Below are positions 1 through 7,026 of a stretch of 7,026 nt of DNA, piece after piece. The stretch is from Octopus sinensis (taxonomy: Eukaryota): assembly GCF_006345805.1 (NCBI RefSeq), contig NW_021829000.1, positions 1 to 7,026 on the forward strand. The letters are read 5' to 3'. The notes under the pieces are model-generated. The model saw only the letters and a program-made list of their open reading frames with translations. It was not told where the DNA came from and made no database searches. The first letter of the stretch is position 1, and each line of letters begins with the position of its first letter. Made by a program: the position numbers and the translations under genes.

Positions 1-63
1 ATGTGTGTGCGTGTGTGTGCGTGTGTCTGCGTGTGTGTGCGTGTGTCTGCGTGTGTCTGCGTG
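1..63. repeat. 10-bp unit tandem repeat (GTGTGT[G/C]TGC) x6, derived from a GT microsatellite
   Basis: Six consecutive 10-mers gtgtgtgtgc/gtgtgtctgc; runs off the window start. Confidence 0.9.
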
Positions 64-197
64 GAAGTTTGTGTATGGAAATAGATGTGTATGGAAATAT
101 ATATAGATATACGTATTAAAATAGATGGATATATATGTACATAAATTATGTGTGTATGTTCACATAAACGAATATGCAAACAAATATATAATATATA

Positions 198-207
198 TGT
201 GTGTGTT

Positions 208-245
<38 letters not shown>
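198..245. repeat. (GT)n microsatellite
   Basis: Directly visible near-perfect GT dinucleotide run. Confidence 0.95.
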
Positions 246-248
<3 letters not shown>

Positions 249-451
249 TTATTTAAGAAGACATATGACCATATATATATAGAGAGAGAACTTACAGTAG
301 TTCGGAGCAACTGAATTTTAATCAGGCAGTTGATAAACTCCACTACCCCAAAAGTCCTTAAAATTTAAATCCACATCTTTGTCTATATATCTACGTTCTT
401 TATAATGTTATCACTGGATATGAAAATTATGTATTAATGGAAAATCTCTAT

Positions 452-543
452 TAATGGGTGATGAGTGCTCAGCATTTTAAAACTGTTGTAATACTTACAA
501 CAATTAATAAAATGATGTAGTGCGAAACAATCGTACCAAATTA
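452..543 (+). ncRNA. Degenerate type-I hammerhead ribozyme motif (core C3->G)
   Basis: Stem I 5' TAATGG (452-457); core GTGATGA (458-464; canonical CTGANGA); long helix II GTGCTCAGCATTTTA...TAAAATGATGTAGTGC (465-523) capped by a perfect TGTTGTAA/TTACAACA hairpin; GAAA (524-527); C-AATC-GTA short helix III with GUA cleavage triplet (533-535); stem I 3' CCAAATTA (536-543, imperfect pairing). Confidence 0.65.
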
Positions 544-670
544 CCGAAGTTATACTTGTTGCTTTTTTTTATTATAATCGCCCCATGGATTTATATGGAT
601 AACACCATACAGAATTCTGGTGCATCTAACTTAAGTACCATATCCATTTGAATCTAAATTTTGCTGAACT

Positions 671-690
671 TATATATATATATATATATA
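671..690. repeat. (TA)10 microsatellite
   Basis: Perfect TA run. Confidence 0.95.
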
Positions 691-900
691 ATACATATGG
701 GTATTTAGGGTAAATCCCGCAGTTGTTTCTCCTGAATCATATCCGCTTATCCATTATTGCTATTAATATGGCATTACTATGCTATATTTATATACATCTA
801 TATTATAACTTTATTACTGTTGACTGTAAATCAAAACACACAGTAAATTGAGGATTATGGATGCATTATTATACCATTTGCAGATTTGTTGAATAAACAA

Positions 901-1230
901 GATAGATAAATGGAATTGTTTTTTGTATAATTTTTTCTCCATTATGTGGGTTTTATTTTCTTATGGGAAACACAAATATTTACATGTTATATAGACGTGT
1001 AACGAATTTTCTATTGGAGGAATATGAGAGACGGAGAGAAATGTTTATAACAAAAATTTTAGAAAAAACATTTTAAAAATTATTATTAAAAAATTTAAAT
1101 GACTGACGATTTCTCTAATAGGGAATTACTAACATGTCTATATAATATGTAGATATTCGAGATTTCTTTTAGTAAACAAAACACATGTAATGGGAAAGAA
1201 ATAATAGTAAAAAATTTCCGTTTTCCTGTC
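901..1230 (+). repeat. Long imperfect inverted repeat / RNA hairpin (arms ~901-1023 and ~1109-1230)
   Basis: Ungapped core 939-1023 pairs with 1109-1193; by hand count 63 Watson-Crick, 11 G·U, 2 A·C and 9 other mismatches over 85 positions. Pairing extends outward to about 901/1230 with one gap. Confidence 0.85.
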
Positions 1231-1235
1231 AAGGT

Positions 1236-1261
1236 TATATATATATATATATATATATATA
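1236..1261. repeat. (TA)n microsatellite directly upstream of the SINE
   Basis: Perfect TA run. Confidence 0.95.
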
Positions 1262-1271
1262 GTCACAGGAG

Positions 1272-1282
1272 TGGCTGTGTGG
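1272..1282 (+). promoter_or_regulatory. RNA polymerase III A box of the SINE
   Basis: TGGCTGTGTGG approximates the TRGCNNARYGG consensus. Confidence 0.75.
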
Positions 1283-1314
1283 TAAGTAGCTTGCTAACTA
1301 ACCACATGGTTCCG

Positions 1315-1325
1315 GGTTCAGTCCC
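1315..1325 (+). promoter_or_regulatory. RNA polymerase III B box of the SINE
   Basis: GGTTCAGTCCC approximates GGTTCRANNCC, at tRNA-like spacing from the A box. Confidence 0.75.
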
Positions 1326-1430
1326 ACTGCGTGGCATCTTGGGCAAGTGTCTTCTGCTATAGCCTCAGGCCGACCAATGCCTTGTGAGTGGATTTGGTAG
1401 ACGGAACTGAAAGAACCTGTCGTATATATG

Positions 1431-1461
<31 letters not shown>

Positions 1462-1704
1462 GTTTTGTGTGTCGTGTGTTGTCCCCTAGCATTGCTTGAC
1501 AACCGATGCTGGTGTGGTTTACGTCCCCGTCACCTAGCGGTTCGGCAAAAGAGACCGATAGAATAAGTACTGGGCTTACAAAGGAATAAGTCCCGGGGTC
1601 GATTTGCTCGACTAAAGGCGGTGCTCCAGCATGGCCGCAGTCAAATGACTGAAACAAGTAAAAGAGTAAAAGAGTACATATATAATGGAGAAATTATAGA
1701 AATG

Positions 1705-1745
1705 TATAAAATATATATATATATAACATTAATATATTATATATA

Positions 1746-1800
<55 letters not shown>

Positions 1801-1839
1801 AGATTAATATATATTATATATATATACATATATATATAT
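1705..1839. repeat. Imperfect (TA)n microsatellite
   Basis: Almost entirely A/T alternating run. Confidence 0.95.
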
Positions 1840-1852
1840 GGTATTACTAAGC

Positions 1853-2112
1853 AGGATTGAAAAGGATTCTCTACTATGAGCTTCTCCCAAGTAACCAGAC
1901 GATTAATTCTGAGAAATACTGCACACAACTGCATGAGTTAAAAGCAGCAATTCAAGAGAAACGTCCAGAATTGACCAACAGGAAGGGTGTAGTATTCGAA
2001 GATGTTTATGCTAGACCGGACGTTTTTTTGGGAACCAGACAAAATTTGCTGCAGCTCGGCTGGGATATGTTACCCCACCCTCCGTATTCACCAGATATTG
2101 CTCCTTCGGATT
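1853..2112 (+). mobile_element. Mariner (Tc1/mariner, DD34D) transposase relic, part of the catalytic domain; truncated at both ends
   Basis: Translation ILYYELLPSNQTINSEKYCTQLHELKAAIQEKRPELTNRKGVVF...LGWDMLPHPPYSPDIAPSD contains the mariner hallmark YSPDLAPSD (2085-2111). The HQDNARPH motif has decayed to EDVYARPD; no TIRs are seen. Confidence 0.93.
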
Positions 2113-2181
2113 TGCTCGACTAAAAGCGGTGCTCCGGCATGGCTACAGTCATATGACTGAAACAACTAAAAGAGTAAAAGA
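2109..2181 (+). mobile_element. 3'-terminal fragment of the same SINE family (or its partner LINE tail)
   Basis: Aligns without gaps to 1601-1673 with 6 differences in 73 nt, including the AGTAAAAG tail. Confidence 0.92.
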
Positions 2182-2300
2182 AACTCTTAATGGCGTTCTC
2201 GGTCGCAAAGATAAACGCGCATAGTCACGTGTGTATGCACAATCGGTCAGATACCCCCATATTTCCATAAACTTACGTGCATACTCCCTTTTTCTCTCTC

Positions 2301-2361
2301 TCACTCACACAAATACACACACTCACACAGACACTCACACCAACACACACTCGCACACACA
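2301..2361. repeat. Degenerate (CA)n microsatellite
   Basis: CA-rich run with interruptions. Confidence 0.8.
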
Positions 2362-2399
2362 GGCACCCATGTATGCTTACTATTAATATGCCTGTATAA

Positions 2400-2629
2400 T
2401 TGGTATATTTTGGTCATATTATGCGGAGAAAATCCCTGGAGAAGGACATCATGCTCGGAATGGTCAGTGGCAAGATAGGAAGAGGCCGACCAAGAACCCG
2501 CTGGCTTGACACCATCAAGAGTGATACCGGAATGGCATAGCCAATCTGAAAGAAGCGTCCCAGGATAGAACTGACTGGAGGACACTGATACAGCGAGTAA
2601 CCGGGAGTCGACTTCGAATGAGCGGATAG
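2400..2629 (+). mobile_element. 5'-truncated RTE-clade (BovB-like) LINE, C-terminus of the ORF, with one frameshift
   Basis: From 2406: YFGHIMRRKSLEKDIMLGMVSGKIGRGRPRTRWLDTIKSDTGM, a 1-nt frameshift near 2535, then IANLKEASQDRTDWRTLIQRVTGSRLRMSG* (TAG 2627-2629). This matches the RTE/BovB C-terminal pattern YFGH..RR..SLEK..MLG...G.R.RGR...RWLD...DR..WR......SR.RL. Confidence 0.9.
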
Positions 2630-2675
2630 ATAGATAGATAAATAGATAGATAGATAGATGGATAGATAGATAGAC

Positions 2676-2734
<59 letters not shown>

Positions 2735-2768
2735 GTGATAGATAGATAGATAGAGTGATAGATAGATA

Positions 2769-2810
<42 letters not shown>

Positions 2811-2857
2811 TGATAGATAGATAGATAAATAGATAGATAGATAGATAGATAGATAGA
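2625..2857. repeat. (GATA)n tetranucleotide array forming the LINE 3' tail
   Basis: About 230 bp of GATA with occasional variants (AATA, GATG, GACA, GAGT); it begins at the LINE stop codon. Confidence 0.97.
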
Positions 2858-3262
2858 ATGAGTGTGTAGGTTTGCGCGGGTAAGTACAGATATTCATTAG
2901 AAAAGACTAAAATGTTAATTCGTAAAAAAAAAGGTCTAAGCATTTGTCGTACTCGCTACGATCATAAACAAAAGAACTGAACTTATGTCGACCTGCAGAC
3001 ATATGCCAAAGTACTTTTGCACAAATGTCAAAATGAAGTCTATTGATGCATGATGAAAAGCAGTTATACGTCACACGTTGATGACTTTTCGAACGCAAAT
3101 AAACAAAAGACTTTAAATCTTTACTAATCATTTCTCTTCAATCCGATGGTGTGTGCTCTTTCGATCAAAACGTCGTGATTCGGCTGATTACATACTCCGG
3201 TTTACTTGACTCTGACACACAAAAAGAAACACACACACACAGGCATTTCCACGAATAGGCAC

Positions 3263-3303
3263 ATATATATATATATACATATAACATACATGTTTGAGTT
3301 GCC

Positions 3304-3337
<34 letters not shown>

Positions 3338-3393
3338 TATATATATATGTAATATATATGTATAATATATATATTATATATATATATATATGT

Positions 3394-3439
<46 letters not shown>

Positions 3440-3500
3440 GTATATATATATATAATATATATATATTATTATATATATATATATAGATATATATATATTA
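3263..3500. repeat. Imperfect (TA)n microsatellite
   Basis: Long TA run with a short interruption at ~3290-3303. Confidence 0.95.
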
Positions 3501-3675
3501 CGAAAAGCATTTGTTTTTAAATTATTTGGTTCTAAAGAACACAGCTGTATTGTTTTTGTTGTTGTTTGCCTTTCGGTTTTATGCTAGTTTTATGCAATGT
3601 AGTATTAGTTCTATTCAGTTTGTTTGGAACAACAATGAAGAGCCGTAAGATCACACATATATACACCCGTGCATG

Positions 3676-3920
3676 CACACCACCAACAACACACACGTAT
3701 ACACACATATACAGACACACAACACACACATACACACACACATATATATATATATATATGTATATCCATATATATATACGTATATATATATACATATATA
3801 TATGTGTATATATATGTAAATATATATATATATATACATATGTATATATACATGTATATATATGTATATATAGAGCATGTATATATATATATGTATATAT
3901 ATGCATATATATATATATTG

Positions 3921-3955
<35 letters not shown>

Positions 3956-4091
3956 AATATATATGTGATATATATATATGTATATATATATATATATGTA
4001 TATATAGTATATATATATATGTATATATCATATATAAAACGAGAGAATAAGAGAGAGAGAGAAACAGAGATACAAAGAGATAAGAGAGAGA
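3676..4091. repeat. Compound microsatellite: (CA)n, then (TA)n/TATG, then (GA)n
   Basis: CA-rich ~3676-3741, TA-rich ~3742-4036, GA-rich ~4040-4091; it accounts for the spurious Y/I/H/T-rich ORFs. Confidence 0.93.
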
Positions 4092-4739
4092 GCGTGAAAG
4101 ACGTGCCACATGTGTGTATGTTACTTCTCTGTCTTCATGTATACATACATGTACACATATTTTCCTTTTGTTCAAGAAATTGCCTAACACTGTTCTGGTT
4201 TAACAAGAGTCGCGCGAATGATCATTGACATTTTCACAAAACATTTGTGGTAGGTCTTAACGGAGAGGTGATTGCGATGAGGAATAAAATGGAAGATATA
4301 ACATGTAAATAGAGAGAGCGAATGAGAGACAGTAGGAGCGAAAGTGCGTGGGTGAGAGAGAACATATAGGAGAGTTCGTAGTTTGCTGGAATTAATTAAA
4401 TCGATTGTATATTTACGACAATTAATTAAATCTTAATTCAATATATTGTAGTTGTTGTTGGATGATTGAATAGAAACAAACAAAAACAAATTAACAAATT
4501 TGCAGACTTCGACACTTAATTGTTATTTCACGTTTATTATTACCTGAATAAAGTTGAGGTTTCAGGTTATTCCATCAAATAAACTTACATTCAAACACGT
4601 ACACATTTACACATACATACCTGTGTATATACATTCACAAACATGGCAGGAATACACATGCATAGACGCATAGAAAGCTTTCTAGACATGTTTCTGAACT
4701 CAAGAAGCTATCTAGATATGTCTATCTGCGTGAATGTGC

Positions 4740-4803
4740 CTGTGTATGTGTGTATATCTCACTCTCTCTCCACGTGTGTGTATTAGCGTGCTGTGCATGT
4801 ATG

Positions 4804-4835
<32 letters not shown>
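4740..4835. repeat. Mixed TG/CT/TA simple repeat
   Basis: Low-complexity dinucleotide runs ending in (TA)n. Confidence 0.75.
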
Positions 4836-4840
<5 letters not shown>

Positions 4841-5085
4841 CATGAACACGCACAGATACGAATGTATAAACACAACATATAAGGACAAACACAATTATAT
4901 AGATAAGCATGTATATGCGTGTATATTCAAATAAACACGTTCATATATATGTGTTTGTGGAATATACATACCTTTCATGTTCTGCTATATGAATGATGTA
5001 TATATTATATAACAAGTATGCATCTTAACTCATTCATCATGCAATATATAAATAATTAAGTATTTAACAAACTACATTAATTACA

Positions 5086-5174
5086 TGTATATATGTATAT
5101 ATATATGTGTGTGTGTGTGTGTGTTTTGTATAATATCTATATATATATATATATATATATATATAGATATATAT
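5086..5174. repeat. Compound (TA)n-(GT)n-(TA)n microsatellite
   Basis: Directly visible. Confidence 0.9.
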
Positions 5175-5666
5175 TTGTTTGATGTGTGTGCTTGTATTGT
5201 GTATATAATAGGTTGCAGTTGTTTTTAATTATTACGTAATTATTTCTATAATGATAAGCCATTAACAAAGAGCTCAATTAGATTAGAAGCGAAAACCAGG
5301 AAACGGTATTTTTTTTTACAGAAAATTAATTTTCATGTTAAAGTGAACATGTAATATACTCCGTGTCTTCTGCAATGGTCTGAGAAACTTACAGACAAAT
5401 GCTGTATTCTTCGGTGTTAGCTCAAGGTGGGTTGTCAGATAGTTGTATTGTGTATATACACGGGATATACAATAGTTATTGGATTTGTAAAACATGCCTC
5501 TTGTGAGCTAGAATTTCTGAAATTCTATTAATAATGGAACGTGATATTAACTTATGGAAACGTCGTTATATGATAAGGAATAAATTCTGTCAATTTTTAC
5601 GAATGTATTTCTTCTGTGCGTAGTGATTAGCAAGGGACTTAATGAAAGTGATATAAATGCGACTCA

Positions 5667-5714
5667 TATATATATATATATATTATATATATATTATATA
5701 TATATATATATATA
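5667..5714. repeat. (TA)n microsatellite
   Basis: Directly visible. Confidence 0.95.
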
Positions 5715-5715
5715 T

Positions 5716-6090
5716 TAGATGAGTGTATTTTTACACTTGTCAACAATTAACACGGAAAAATACTAATAGTTACCAGGGCAGCAGCAAAAATCTCACAAGT
5801 AAAGGTGTTGTAACTCCTTGTTTATAAAGGTAGAAACTCGTGTTTACTTTGAATATTTTGAATAATATGAATAAAAAATGGAGTTAAGGCAGGTGTAAAC
5901 AAGTGATTTTTACTTCCGACACATGTTTCGAAAATTTCCACTGATACTATTCAAAAATAAATGGTATAAACAATGCAATCTTCTCTTCGGGAAAGTGAAA
6001 AAAAAGAAACTCGTCAACACGACATTTTAGCAAAAAAATGATTTGTATAGCGATAGACAGAACGCTATTAATATTGTTTAAAAAAAACGT
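5716..6090 (-). mobile_element. Putative hammerhead-bearing repeat unit (Penelope-like terminal repeat or non-LTR retrozyme-like) between TA arrays
   Basis: A ~375-bp structured segment bounded by TA runs (5667-5714 and ~6091-6099) that contains the minus-strand hammerhead motif. Boundaries are inferred. Confidence 0.4.
5912..5996 (-). ncRNA. Type-I hammerhead ribozyme motif (core U4->C) with palindromic minimal helix III
   Basis: Minus strand reads ACTTTC-CCGAAGA-GAAGATTGCATTG...CAGTGGAAATTTTC-GAAA-C-ATGT-GTC-GGAAGT. Stem I is ACTTTC/GGAAGT (5 WC + 1 G·U), the core is CCGAAGA versus CTGANGA, helix II is GAAGATT/AATTTTC extended by CATTG/CAGTG, and GAAAC-ATGT-GUC places the predicted cut between 5918 and 5917. 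Confidence 0.75.
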
Positions 6091-6543
6091 TATATATATA
6101 ACGTCAGAAGTAGCTAACAGAAAGAGTAGGGATATTAATAGTGAATGTTAAATATAAAAGAAATTAAAGTTTAAATTATTATAATGATAGAGACTACTTA
6201 TATGCACTAAATGTATGTTTTTGCCAATGCTTACATCTGTATGCTCGCTCTGTAACCGTTTTTCTAGAGTGTTTTTTTTGAAATAATAATGAAAAATAGC
6301 TCAGATTGCAGAGAAGAGACAGAATTACTTGCCTTTGTCCTTTGTCATATGGTATCGAAATTGAGAGGATCAACCATTCTAAATGAAATTGTTCATTGTG
6401 CTCTTTTAAATCCCAAATCAGTTTGCTGAGACCGGTACTATTCCGTTTATTTTTCTATCCCTAAATGTTGAGTAATGGATAGAAATTCTTTTAGATAACT
6501 CTAACGATGTGCTTCCAATGTAAAATCGTACTTATTACGAGTA

Positions 6544-6976
6544 CTGATTATACACTGGTATATAGAATTTTTAATCTTAGAGTTACTTGACATAATTTAA
6601 TTCTATTGGAATTGACTTCAGATACAATAAACTTGTTATTAATATTTCTAGGGTTGGATGGTATTAGCTAAATTAATGTTAGTATTAGTAATGTATTAAT
6701 AATTAACAGTTTGTTATTTGAGAAGATATAATTTGCAAGAGATTTTTTGTGTTTGAAAAACCTATCCTAACCTTATGTGAATTAATTATAGAGTGATATC
6801 TAGAATATTATATCTTCTCATAATAACAAACTGTTAAATATCAATTTAGCTAATACCATCCAACCCTCTAGAAATATTAATAACAAGGTTATTGTATCTG
6901 AAGTCAATTCCAACAGAATTAAATTTATGTCAAGTAACTCTAAGATTAAAAATTCTATATACCAGTGTATAATCAG
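6544..6976. repeat. Long near-perfect inverted repeat (foldback/MITE-like or inverted duplication); arms 6544-6732 and 6807-6976
   Basis: CTGATTATACACTGGTATATAGAATTTTTAATCTTAGAGTTACTTGAC... is reverse-complemented at ...GTCAAGTAACTCTAAGATTAAAAATTCTATATACCAGTGTATAATCAG. There are few substitutions, small indels, a ~23-nt extra segment in the left arm, and a 74-bp spacer. Confidence 0.93.
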
Positions 6977-7026
6977 GGGACACCAGCATCGTGTTTTCAA
7001 GCAATGCTAGGGGGACAAACACAGAC
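6976..7026 (-). mobile_element. Fragment of the same SINE family in reverse orientation, continuing past the window end
   Basis: Reverse complement GTCTGTGTTTGTCCCCCTAGCATTGCTTGAAAACACGATGCTGGTGTCCCC matches ~1471-1528 (GTCCCCTAGCATTGCTTGACAACCGATGCTGGTGT...CCCC) with a ~9-nt deletion. Confidence 0.88.

Larger units (their letters stand above)
1262..1676 (+). mobile_element. Full-length tRNA-derived CORE-type SINE (octopus OR-like) with internal TA/TG microsatellite
   Basis: tRNA-like head with Pol III A and B boxes; CORE-like motif CATCTTGGGCAAGTGTCTT (~1335-1353); internal microsatellite ~1423-1480; 3' stem-loops GTCGA-TTTGC-TCGAC and CAGTC-AAAT-GACTG; tail of AGTAAAAG repeats. Parts recur at 2109-2181 and 6976-7026. 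Confidence 0.88.

Noticed and set aside
1262-1335. Possible tRNA gene
   Set aside because: A and B boxes are present, but the sequence continues into the SINE core and tail; it is the SINE head, not a standalone tRNA.
1298-1657. 119-aa minus-strand ORF
   Set aside because: Antisense reading of the SINE; no recognisable protein motif.
1857-2123. Functional transposase or SETMAR-like host exon
   Set aside because: The second catalytic motif is decayed, both ends are truncated, no convincing splice sites are seen, and the stop codon comes from the SINE fragment.
2868-2885. AG...GGGTAAGT, a possible 10-nt micro-exon with a consensus donor
   Set aside because: No polypyrimidine tract upstream (the GATA array is there); a lone donor match is expected by chance.
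2301-2943. 198-aa and 142-aa minus-strand ORFs with (YLSI)n repeats
   Set aside because: Translation of (TATC)n plus the antisense of the RTE fragment.
3049-3096. Hammerhead-like ATGATGAAAAG...CTTTTCGAAC
   Set aside because: The core lacks C3, GAAA is incomplete, and there is no helix III/NUH or stem I.
3532-4228. Overlapping ORFs of 80-220 aa on both strands
   Set aside because: Y/I/H/T/C/V-rich translations of TA/CA microsatellites, which lack stop codons by construction.
4671-4725. 14-bp palindrome TAGAAAGCTTTCTA and a short imperfect direct repeat AAGCT.TCTAGA.ATGT
   Set aside because: Short and isolated; compatible with a local duplication or chance.
5250-5305. Hammerhead-like ATGATAAGC...GCGAAAACC
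   Set aside because: Two core mismatches, a weak helix II and no proper cleavage triplet.
1-7026. CRISPR array or prokaryotic operon
   Set aside because: No regularly spaced repeat-spacer units or gene-dense coding; the content is typical of animal repetitive DNA.

Overview
AT-rich, microsatellite-dense, non-coding eukaryotic DNA (intron or intergenic). The SINE family present resembles the octopus OR-type tRNA/CORE SINEs, so a coleoid cephalopod origin is likely (inference from recognition, not a database hit). There is no intact host gene; most track ORFs are artefacts of TA/GT/GATA repeats. Transposon content: a full-length tRNA-derived SINE (1262-1676, +), two further SINE fragments (2109-2181 +, 6976-7026 -), a mariner transposase relic (1853-2112), the 3' end of an RTE/BovB-type LINE whose tail is a (GATA)n array (2400-2857), and a ~430-bp foldback inverted repeat (6544-6976). 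The most interesting signal is in the apparently unique DNA between TA arrays. It holds two type-I hammerhead ribozyme motifs, each with one core substitution and a long helix II (452-543 +, 5912-5996 -), plus a ~330-nt G·U-biased hairpin (901-1230) and several smaller hairpins. These suggest a Penelope-like or retrozyme-like structured-RNA retroelement family that inserts at (TA)n.
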